Positions 52,769-64,000 of a stretch of 64,000 nucleotides of DNA are shown one piece after another. This stretch comes from Ptychomitrium polyphyllum (taxonomy: Eukaryota). The notes beneath the pieces were generated by a model. That model ran no database searches. It had not been told where the DNA came from and saw only the letters and a list, made by a program, of their open reading frames with translations. How positions within the stretch are numbered: the first letter of the stretch is position 1; each line of letters starts with the position of its first letter. Made by a program: the position numbers and the translations under genes. The DNA lies in contig OZ316775.1 of assembly GCA_973851085.1 (NCBI GenBank), positions 15,748,001-15,812,000 of the forward strand. The letters run 5' to 3'.

Positions 52769-55700
52769 CTAACCTGGTTTCTGAGGATATCTTTGATGAA
52801 ATTGGCTTATCTTCTTGGATGCATTTATTACATTTGTTGAAGGTTCTCATGTTTGGTTATTAATGCCATATCCTTGCCAATGTATAAGGTACTCCACACG
52901 TCCGTTTTTGATGCGTGAATCTAAGATCTCTTCCACTTCATATTCAATTTCATTATTGATTTCCAGCGGAGGAGGCGGAGGGACAATTCTCTCTAATATA
53001 CATGATTTGTTATAGGTTTCCAACAACGATACGTGGAACATTGGATGAACTTGCATGCTTGGTGGTAGCTTTAGGCGATAACTAACCGGATTTATTTGTT
53101 TGCTGGTTTCAAACGGTCCCAACCTTTGATAGTCCAACTTTTTTGATGGTTTTTTTGTCTGTATATTTTGTAGTAGGAGCCATACACTATTTCCAACCTT
53201 GAACTTTTGATGGTCCTTTCGATGGCGATCTGCATAAGTTTTGTAACGATCTTGAGCTTGTTGTAACTAGAAAGTAATTTCTTGATGGATTTTAGCAAGT
53301 TGAATTGCAAAATCCTCTGCTGCAGGACTTCCAACATGCTTTACTTGAAATGGATCTGTTCGAGGATGATGTCCATAGTTTGCAAATAATGGACTTTGAC
53401 TTGTTGAAGAATGCACCGTATTGTTGTAAGCAAATTCTGCCAAAGGCAAGAGGTCCATCCAATTGTCTTGCTGGTAGTTTATGCTACAACAAAGGTACTG
53501 TTCCAAAATTTGATTTACACGTTCGATTTGGCCATCAGTTTGCGGATGGTGTGCTGAAGAAAGATTGATCTTTACACGCAACAGCTGGAATAGAGCCCTC
53601 CAAAAGTTGGAAATGAACTGCGGCCCTCGATCGGATATAATATCATCTGGTAGTCCATGTATGCGGTAGACATGATTTATGAACAACTTGGCAGTTTCTT
53701 CTCCCGTTATCGTCTTGTTGCATGGAATGAAATGTGCCATTTTGGTAAATGGATCTACCACTACCAAAATAAATCCTTAGATTTGGAATTTGGAAGGTTC
53801 ATGATAAAATCCATTGACAAAGACAACCATGGGCCCTCTAGCATTAGAAGCAAATGGAGGAGACCATGAGGTTGGTATCTTGGTACCTTGGCTCTTGCAC
53901 AAGTGTCGCATGATCGAACAAAGTCCTTCACGTACTTCCACATTTGTGGCCACCAATAGTCTCTAGCAATCAACTCCATTGTTTTATTGAATCCAAAATG
54001 TCCTACTGCTGGAAAATCATGACGTGCTTGAAGGATCTTCAACCATAAAGGGCCTGGAGGTAGGTACAAAAGTCCTTTACAATAAAGTAGGTCCTATTGG
54101 AATTCAAAGTCCTCATCGCTATTTGAAGGATTTCCATTGTGTTTGAGGCGCTTCTTTATATTTGAAACAAAGACATCATTCTTCAAAGCCTTCCGAATTT
54201 TGTCAAGATGGGATGTTGTCGTAATAATGGCTGCTTTTAATTGAAGATTCTCAGGCTTCAATAAAATAGTCCTTTGTTGATTCAAAACATCATCTCCAGG
54301 TTAAAGAGCTACATAAGATCTTCGAGATAAGGCATCTGGCTTACTTTGCAAGCTACCAAATTTATAGGTAATGACGAAGTCAAATCTGGAAAGCGACATA
54401 CTCCATCATGCTTGACGACGATTCAAAATGCGCGCACTCATGAAATACTCCAAGTTCTTGTGGTTTGTGTATATCTTGATGGTATGTTAAGTTCCTTCCA
54501 AAAAGTGTTGCCATTCTTCAAATGCATCTACAATTGCATGTAGTTCTTTATCATGTATATCATAATTGATCTCTGCCGCCGAGAACTTCCTTGAACGAAA
54601 GGCAAGAGGGTGAAGTCTCCCGTCTTCATCATATTGTGAAAGTACTGAGCCAAGCGCAAATTTGAGGCATCCGCTTCCAAATAAAAAGGCTTCAATGGAT
54701 TTGGATGAATAAGAATTGGAGCCGACGTGAATAACTTCTTAAGACTTTGAAATGCATTTTCGGCCTCTTCATTCCAAATGAATTTTTGCTTCCCCGTAAG
54801 ACGTGTTAATGGTGCCGCAATCTTAGAATAATTCTTGATGAATATTCTATAGAAGTTTGCAAATCCCAAGAAGCATTGAACATCTCGAATTGATCTTGGC
54901 GTACTCCACTTGATGACAGTGCTTATTTTTTTCTTATCCATATGGATTCCTCCTTTGGAAATGATATAGCCTAAAATTCAACTAAGCATTCATGGAAAAG
55001 GCACTTCTCCAATTTGGCATATAATCTTCGCTGGCGTAGTTTTTCTAAGACCAGTCGCACATGACATTCGTGGTCTTGTTCATCCTTTGAATACATCAAA
55101 ATATCATCTAAGTAGATGACAATAGAATCATCCAGATGTTCATGGAAGATATCATTTATCATATGTTGGAAGACTACGGGAGCATTAGTAAGGCCAAAAG
55201 GCATGACATTGTATTCAAAATGACCATACCTGGATTGAAAAGCTGTCTTCCATTCGTCTCCTTCTTTGATGCGTACAAGATTGTAGGCTCCTCTAAGATC
55301 AATTTTAGTGAATATCTTTGCTTGGCCAAGTTGTTGTAGGAGTCTTGAGATTAATGGTAATGGTAGCAATTCTTTTTTGTTACTTTATTGAAGCCTTGAT
55401 AATCCACGCACATACGTAATGATCCATCTTTTTTTTTTACAAATAGAATGGGTGCTCTAGCAGGTGATTTAGAGTGTTGAATGAAACCCTTTCCGAGGTT
55501 TTCATCAATATATTCTCTCAAGGTAGCCAACTCAGTTTGTGATAAGTTATAAATAGGTCCACAAGGTGGTTGGGCTCCTTCTTGCAACTCAATGGTACAA
55601 TCATAAGGCCGGTGCTTTGGTAACATGTCCGCATTCTTCTTTTCAAAAACATCTTTATAATCTTGATATTGACGAGGTATATTTTGATTAGTCTCTATTG

Positions 55701-56245
55701 TAGAGTTAGACATTGGCGTGGCATAAATGGCATAGATTGGTTCATCTTTTGCCGCTCTCATAAATGCCTTAGCTCCAATAAATGATGGTCCAAGATTTTT
55801 CGTACCTTGACGTCCTTTTCCTTGAGACCATACTTCGTGAGCGCCATTCAATATCTGGATTATGTAATTCAAACTAAGGAAGGTCCAAAACAATAGGATT
55901 TGTTTGGCATTGAATGATGTTAAAGATTATACTTGTAAATGCCTAGTTTCCTAAAACAACCTCTAAGGGTTGAGTTTCTTCAATAATGTTGCCAAACGCA
56001 AGAGATTATCCATCAATAACTTCAACAGATGCGGGGTATTTTTTCTTCACAAACACCATGTGATATTTGGTTGCAAAATCCTTGTCCATAAAACATGCCG
56101 TTGCACAAGTGTCTGAAAGAGCTTCGCTAATTATTTCATCATTTAACAATTTAATTTTGATAGGAAATGTAAAAGAAGAAGTAGGGCTTGAAGGTAGTAA
56201 GAGACCTTGATTTGATGGTCGTTTCCTTGTAATGTCCAGTCGCAT
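52769..56245 (-). pseudogene. pol: Retrotransposon pol (PR-RT-RNaseH-IN-chromodomain), broken by stops and frameshifts
   Basis: ALSDTCAT (decayed protease site), [87 protein letters not shown]. Confidence 0.93.
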
Positions 56246-56259
56246 GGTCCCTACTGTGA

Positions 56260-57269
56260 CTAGACAGCCTTGTTTTCCAACTCCACCATTGTGCTTTGAG
56301 CTTTAAAGGCAGATCCTTTGATTTGGCAGTCGTACACTTTATGTCCAAACTTGCCACAATACAAATAGAGGTTTTCTCTTCGACGCCTTTCTTTTTCTTC
56401 TGGAGTCAAGCGTCTAAACTGAGCAACATCAATTTGCATAGGTTCTGGTCCTTGCGGTTGACTTTTGGATACTCTTGAAGAAGTGGTAGCCATGCTTTGA
56501 TGTACTGGTCGCCATTCCAAGCGTTGTTCTTGGCGCCTCTCAAATAATCTATTGTCACATGCTATTGCCTAAGTGATGAATTCGTCCATTGTTTTAATTC
56601 TTGGCATTGTAAGTAATAATTCCTTTACATTCTCTCTTAAGCCCCATCGAAATCGTGTGACCAAGGCTTTATCATTCCAATCAAGGTTGCAAGCTAATTG
56701 TCAAAACTCTGCAGCATATGTAGCAGCTGAGCGCTGTCCTTGTTGGAGACTCTGGATCCTTGTCTCAGCCACCCTCTTTCGGTCGGTGTTTCCAAAAGTA
56801 GATGTCAATGCTTTTATAAAAGCATCTAAGTTGTTCAATAATGGGAACTGCTTCTCCATTAGTGGTGCAAACCAGGATAGTGCATTGTTTGATAAAAGAG
56901 TGGCCACAAATCCCACTTGAATTGTGCCATCAGGATAGCGAGATTGATGCAACTAAGGAAGAGTCTTACTTATTGAACAAAGCCTTTCAATTTTGATCTT
57001 GATCCATCGAACTTTTTTAGCATGCTAATCTTTGGCTCTGCATGGGTCCGACGTAAGCCTTCCCTTCCAATATTGGCCTCTTGCAATCATATAACTTCTT
57101 GATATAGCTTTTGAATATTACCATTGGATTCTTCAGTTTGCCGAGTATGTTGCTCCAAATTGTTGGTGGTATTAAAACGAGCGAGTTCCGTTCGAACTGT
57201 GTTTAATAACTCTTGAAGGTCTGCAATAGTTGCAAACCTATTCTCTGATGTTTTAGGCACGTTATCCAT
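56260..57269 (-). pseudogene. gag: Retrotransposon gag with premature stops; decayed Zn knuckle
   Basis: KKFDGSRSK, ALSWF, LQQGQRSAATYAAEF, GPEPMQID, (Y)LYCGKFGHKVYDC. Confidence 0.88.
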
Positions 57270-57505
57270 TTCTTAAGACTTTCAAAGACAGAAAGACTAT
57301 GAGTACCTTCAAAGGAAGAAAATCCACGTACTTTGAAAGAAGTAATATTTGGTTCTAGAAGGAGATACCAACTCTATGATGCCAGCTTAGAGGAGGGTAA
57401 TCCGCAACCTCTAAGACGCTATGGAATCCTAAAGAAGATGGGTAATCCACAATCTTCTTCAAAGAACCTTAGCTCTGACAAAGATGAAAAGTTGTTTTGC
57501 CACAT

Positions 57506-58015
57506 TGTTAGGGACACAAAAAACAAGAAACAAAAACAAAGTGTTTCCCAAGAATTAGCTTCCAAAGAGCTAATGATTAATAAGAATTTGATACAAAGAG
57601 TAGAACAAGGCAGGATTCAAGATGATCCACAACTTGTGTTGGCAAGACTAAGGAATACCTTGTCTTGCCTCCTATTTATACTATGACGTTTGTATCTCCT
57701 ATGATACTTCTAAAGAAGCTTCCTACAAGACTTAAGAATGTTTTGGAAGTCTAGGGAACCTTCCCAAGAAGTTTCCTAAGATGTTGGAACCTTTCTTGGA
57801 AGTTTCTTAAGGTAGCAGAACCTTCCTAGGAAGTTTCCTAAGATGATGGAAGCTTCCTTGGAAGTTTCCGAAGGTTGTGGAACCTTCCTAGGAAGTTTCC
57901 TAAGAACATGGAAAGATTATGGAGACATCTAAAAGTATTTTAAAAAGCTATTATAGTATACTATAAGGTTCTAGAATGTTCTAAGGACTATGTTACATGT
58001 TCTATGTCCGTGACA
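57506..58015 (-). repeat. 5' LTR (510 bp), with TATAAATA on the minus strand at 57680-57673
   Basis: Same termini as the other LTR; one extra 31-bp subrepeat. Confidence 0.93.
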
Positions 58016-58785
58016 CATAATACATACATAGAGGTTTAAATAACCTTCACAAAACATGTATTGTCATTTTTCAAACTTGTAGTAAAATACATAAACATAT
58101 CTTGTCATTTTCAACACTTATTTCTTTAATTTCACAAAGGCCTTTTTTTTCATTAACCATTTCATTAATCACTTTAATATAAATTGTCCAAAATTTAAAA
58201 ATGTCATATAATTTCAAACTATAAAAATTCATTTTAACAAAATAGTAATCTAGAAAATTAATTGTAATTAGTATTTTTTTATAAATTAGTCATTGTTCAA
58301 AAGTGATTAAAATCTTTATAACTTCTTGCTTCTTTTTTTAATAATACAATCATATTTTGTGAAGATTCACTTTACATTTATTTTATATATGTGTGATGAT
58401 ATTTGTTTGGAAGGACATGTCAACTTAATAATTGTCCTAAACTTTGCATTACAACATATATATTACTTGTCTAAGCATACTTTTTAAAACTTTTTTATAT
58501 TTTAAAACTTTAATATAATTGATTACATCACAAATACTATTTTAGAACTAATATTTCATAGAAATTGAAACAAAAAATAATAGTTTAATTTCATTGATTC
58601 ATCCAATTAAATATCATTTATTATTTAATTAAATTAGTATACAAATACAATTCTTTAATACAAGTGCTTTTCATATTTCATATACAAGTTTTGTGCAAAA
58701 TATTATAAGACCTTTTAACTTTATGATTCAAATAGTATTATCACCATGTAATGAACTAAAAATTGATGGTAAGAAGTAATTTAAT

Positions 58786-58789
<4 letters not shown>

Positions 58790-58822
<33 letters not shown>
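58790..58822. repeat. (TA)n microsatellite
   Basis: Read directly from the sequence. Confidence 0.85.
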
Positions 58823-58827
<5 letters not shown>

Positions 58828-61800
58828 TATCATTTATTCTTGTGCACTAACATCATATATAAAGGTGATACATTGAGATTATATGGTTTTGATAACCATC
58901 TACTATTATCAAAGATTTATCTCTTATTATTTGTGATTGTTTTAGACTTTAAGTCAAGTCAATTGACTATTATTAATTTTTAAGCTAAAATACTACTTTT
59001 GCCTTTAGTTACTTTAATCTTTTATTAATTTTAAGTATCCAATTTAATTTAGTTGTTGTGCTTTTTAGCTAATTAAAGCAAAATTGCCAAAACAATCTAT
59101 GGTTTATTAAACTTAATAAGTTCTCAGAAACTATGTTTTATATTCAATATTACTTTTGATTTTGTAAAATTATTTTTATACTCTTATATAAAATCTTTTC
59201 AATAATCTTTTAAATGACTTGATCTTTTAAATCTTTCTCATGAATTATGCATAAGCACATGATTTCTGTTATTTAATCAAATTCACTTTCATATACATTA
59301 CGTTCTATTTACAAAACATTATTCATTTTTTGAATCATCTATGTAATGAATTTCTTGCTTTTAGTCGCTTTCAAATCATTAAATGCCCTTTTAAATTATC
59401 ATTCATAAGACATTGCATCTTTTATGATTAATTTAATACAATACTTTTAAGTTTTAGAAACATCTAATTCAATGATTTAATTGAGATTCATTCAATTAAA
59501 TTAACATCAAGCATAAACAACATAGGGTTTATAACCTTATATTTCAAGTTTTAAAAGTCTTATACTAAATTTCAACCAATAGTTATATAACACTTGATTT
59601 ATTGTTGTATTTAAAATAATATAAAGAAGGCTATATGTAGCCTAAAGCCTAAAGGTGCATCTTTTTCTAAAAAACCTTCTAATTTTTTCTAAAGAACATA
59701 TGTTTTATTTATAAGTGCATTATATAATTATAATTATCATCTTAGGCTTTAAACCACTAGAGTGTAAAATTGAATACTTTATTTTTGAACTACTTTATGA
59801 TTTTAATCTTTTCTTATATACAATTCTTAAGAAACTATTACTATTCAAAAAAACACTCTCAACAAATTGTAAACTCCTAGAGCTAAAGAAAATGCACATT
59901 ATGGTAATAGAGACCTTTTAATTGAAGAATGGAAGATACATTTGTTTGAAGGGCTTGAGAACTTTTGATTGCTTAGAGTTTAGAAAGATTGCTAAAGATG
60001 ATTAGAGAGAAAGAAATGATTTTTATCCATATGCAAAAAATATTATGAGATTTATGGCCGTGATAATTTTACAATTACAAACCCATTTTTTACAACTGCA
60101 AGCACAAACTTTGAAGAGAGGAAGAAAATTGTGATATAGGTTACCATATTTTACAATTGCCTATTCTATTTGTATAGTGTTGGTGACCAAAATTTTGAAA
60201 AGAGGCAAAAAAAAATTAAAAAAAATGCAATGTTGGTGCTATAATATGAATTCTACACAATTTGGGTCACATTATATAGAACATGCACTCTCCTAATTGA
60301 GCATCACATAAGTTTGGAGAAAAAAGAATATTTACTTAAACTGTTTCTGAACTTATAAAAACTATGTCGTTTGAGGTGATGATGTCCAGGATGCTTCTGC
60401 TGTGTGGATTCAGTAGACACACCCATTTCATGGATGGCTGTCTACTTGATGTACCAAAATTTCTTAATAATTTACAAGCTACCACTTTTTATCATTCATC
60501 CATCACTGTACTTGGTTGTAGGCTGGCTACTTTGGAAAACTGTAAACCTTTGAATTCCTCTCCCATGATCTGCATAAGCTGGGCATTGTGTATTGAGGGG
60601 CCAGAGTCATCACTACTGATTTCTAGCCAATTCTGTGTCAAGGTTCAAAGTCATATCACCAGAGTTGTGATAACTTTTCGAAATTTGATTTCTCCTCGTT
60701 GACAAGGCTTCTGCTTCTTTAGTAGCAGAGGGTTTTCATACCTTAAAGGGTTGTTGTAGTGATACACTGGGGAGTATCTCCATGGAGGTTTAGGAGAAAC
60801 TTAAGAATACCATACAATCTCTATCTGATGTTGTGATGATGGCATGTGTCAGCCATGCCAGGAACTCCACTGTGAAAATGCTTCAAGGAGCTGCACCATA
60901 AGGCCTGTTTACATCTGAGTTGGATGGATTGGAACCCAAAGAATTGCAGAGTTTTTATTGGTAAAGAATATTGGTGTTCCTTACTTGGATTTGCAACAAG
61001 CAAATCATGGACTTTAGCCCAAGCCAATATTTGTAAGTACTCTACTTGTAATCCTGCATGGCAAGTGAGGATAGTGTTTCCAGAATTTTAGAGGGTTTCT
61101 TCCTTATAAGCTTAAGTAAGAAATCATGGTATCAATTTTTTTGAATCTCATAATATTATACTTAAAAAAGAGGTAATTTTGGACATTCAAAAATATTTTC
61201 AGTGTCCATTTCAAGTATTGAAAAAATAAATTGACTTTATCATTATTGTTGTTATTCCCACACTTTGTTCAACACATTTATGATCCTCATATTTAGATTT
61301 ATATTTACATTTGGACATTGGATGACAAAACTATAAGTTTTGCAAATACGACATAATAAATTTTTAGTAACCTTGGTACTCAATACAAATAAAGTAGCTT
61401 GCCTTAAGATTTCTAATATTAAAATTTATAGTTTTGATAAAACTTTCAATTAACACATTTTAAAGTGTGTTAGAATTCCTTTTCTCTTGTCTGTTAGACT
61501 TAATCACTTGAAACTCACCATATTCAATTGTCATCAAAAAATTTGAATTCGAGTGGAGTTAGCTCATTACATCATTCACATTGTCCTTATTTGCTCCACT
61601 CAACTCCAAAATTTCAACAACTCCTTACCTACTTTTTAAATTAAAATTAGCATATTATAAGGAATATAATTTTGTCATCCATGTCCAAATTAAATAAAAA
61701 TTGTACCAATCTTATATGATTTTCTAATGTGCTTCCATAAGTGTATTTCCAAGTACCAATTCCATGAAATCTTTTAAAAAAAGTTATATCTTGTGTGTGT

Positions 61801-64000
61801 GCTCGTTTTGGAGATGCTCTTAAGAACCAAGCATATAAGCAGACTATTCTTTTTGAGTACCAGCACAACAAAGGCATAGCCAAATTACCTAACTATGGTG
61901 AAGGCATGACAGCTAATCTACAAATGCAGCAGTTTGGGGCTGTGTGCAAGAATGAAGGTTGGAGGTTGAGAATGACCACGAATTAAAGAGGCACAGGATG
62001 CAGAGTCCTGAACTCTCTCTCTCACATGCAGAAAACATTCACTGCAAGTGCCATTCTCTTTTATATCTTCAACCCTTTCCACTGCAGATAGGAATGCCAA
62101 TATTTTGAAACATTGTGTGAATTTCCAACATTTTGAAACCCACTGCAAACAATAACCTTATTTTCTCTCAAAACTTGATTTAGTTCTAAATTCTCAAGTG
62201 AGTGCCCTAGCAAAAGGCCAAAAAACACCCCTTAAACTAGCACATTTATCATCCAAAAAACAACTAGTAACAATACCACCTAGTGAATGCACAATCACCC
62301 AAATCCCATTAAACAATCACCCAAATCACATTCAACAATCACCATGCACCAAGTTCTATGTCCAGGGCATGATTTTCCTCCTAAATTAGTATCAATTTGC
62401 GTCCCTTCCCATTAGCACCACTTCAAGATTCCATGTGCACCCAAACTTGACCCATCACCACTAAATCATCAAGCCTCTACTACCAATGATGAGAGTTTGG
62501 TGGTCAATAGTGATGCATATGGTGGTTGCTGATCTTTTGGTAGCTAGTGGCTACCAACCTTTGATAATAATGGATTGTTCTATCTAGCATGGGCTTTTTT
62601 TCAATCAAAAAATTCAAAATATGTTCATTTCAAAAGTTGACTTGTACATAATCAAGCTCAACCATAGTTGGATAATATCTTTTCAAACTATGTAATATGT
62701 CTATTAAAGATGCACACTAAAAATATACAAATATTCCACAATGTATACATATTAAGGCTTTATTGCCTATGATTTTATGTAGTGTGCATATTAATATAGT
62801 ATATATATTAAGATCATACAGAACCATGTTTTGTACCCGAAAATGTAGTGACACTTACATGAGGTGTTATACCAAAATTAGCATTATTTTGCCATGTTTT
62901 GCCATATACAGAATTGAATTATGAGTTTGAGTTTGAATCTGACTAAAAACATTAGTTGTTTGATAATTGGATCATGGATAATCACATTTTGGTTATATGA
63001 GACTTAAAAGTGTTAAAAGTGACCTTCTGTCCCAGATGAGCAGATAGAAGCATCCACACCCTGCTTGTTGGGCGATGAAGGAATTCTTCTCGATTCAGCT
63101 TTGTTCCAGAAATCTGGATCATGTTTATATTTTTCCTCATCACTGTTTAATATTCAACAGTACAGTACCCAGCTATAGTGAACGACTTTGACTATAGTAG
63201 GCTAATAGTAGTCACATGGGAGGTTCATCACTGATTGATTTAGTTAAAAGATGACAACTTTTTAATGAATTTATGAGCATTTGTTTTGTAAAATTATTTT
63301 GAACAAATGTTTAAATATTAGTCAAAGAAGTGACAAATTTGCTATGTGATCATGGCATCTTGTAAGAATATTGAGAAGATGCAATGCAAAATAAACAATA
63401 AATACTTGTGCTTTTGAGGGCTAAGAAAATGGTCATAATAACAATATAATACCTTGTGTAAAAAATGTTATTTTAATTGATTTGATCCAAACTTAACCAA
63501 ACTAAACTCTTTAGTTTTCTTTCATAATATGGACTACTAAAAATAAATCTCACATTCTTTGCATTTAATTAAGCATATTTAATTACTACAACAATTTGGT
63601 GATCTATGCATATGATTAATATGCATGATGGATGGTGACTAGAGAAATCTTGAGAGAGTTAGTATATGTACTAATTAATCAATTGAGTTGTATATTAAGC
63701 ACCAAATTGGACTATGCAAGGTATCTTCTAATTATATATGTTTGCATCAAAATTACTTTAAGTTTTGATCAATTTTTAAAATTTACAATGTGATTGGAAA
63801 TCAACCACTCCAATAATGTATGATTGCCATACTTCTTAAAGTCATATTTGATGCCAAAGAAATATTTGATGCCCAAAAGCTAAAGTAAGCATGATTAGGT
63901 CCACCATGATGAACTTTGTTAAGTTGAATCATAATATTTTGATAAAGAATGAGTTGATTATGAGTTTTGAAAGGATGTTCTTGCCAAAGTCTAAAAACCA

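Larger units (their letters stand above)
51632..58015 (-). mobile_element. Full-length, mutationally decayed Ty3/gypsy chromovirus LTR retrotransposon (probably Tcn1/Tf1-like)
   Basis: Two TG...CA LTRs, 5-bp TSD CATAA (51627-51631 and 58016-58020), gag-PR-RT-RH-IN-chromodomain order, PPT (minus strand AATGGAGAGGAGA, 52111-52123). Confidence 0.97.

Noticed and set aside
57361..57370. TGGTATCTCC on the minus strand resembling a tRNA-Met PBS
   Set aside because: About 135 nt from the LTR and matches only 7 nt.
57755..57909. Regularly spaced palindromic repeats resembling a CRISPR array
   Set aside because: Contiguous LTR subrepeats with no unique spacers, in eukaryotic DNA with no cas genes.

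Overview
Eukaryotic, intron-rich plant DNA with GC-rich gene islands between very AT-rich blocks. The gene style and a chromodomain Ty3/gypsy element suggest a moss or other early-diverging land plant (inference). The ORF track uses GTG/TTG starts and ignores splicing, so I built gene models by hand. Genes: two convergent copies of a tandem CCCH zinc-finger gene, a trypsin-fold protein lacking the catalytic Ser, IMP3, a small unknown plant-family gene, a long PIG-X/PBN1-like gene plus decayed relics of it, NOP14 and eIF5B. A full-length but decayed chromovirus LTR retrotransposon (TSD CATAA) lies at 51632-58015. Main findings: (1) an apparently identical 2169-bp inverted repeat (617-2785 / 16843-19011) inside an older, diverged inverted duplication, consistent with recent gene conversion; (2) the retroelement has no tRNA PBS, but its PBS is complementary to its own predicted 5' end (Tf1-type self-priming), and it carries an extra ORF after pol; (3) the pseudo-protease has a small N-terminal header and a basic tail; (4) eIF5B has a four-fold ~90-aa internal repeat.
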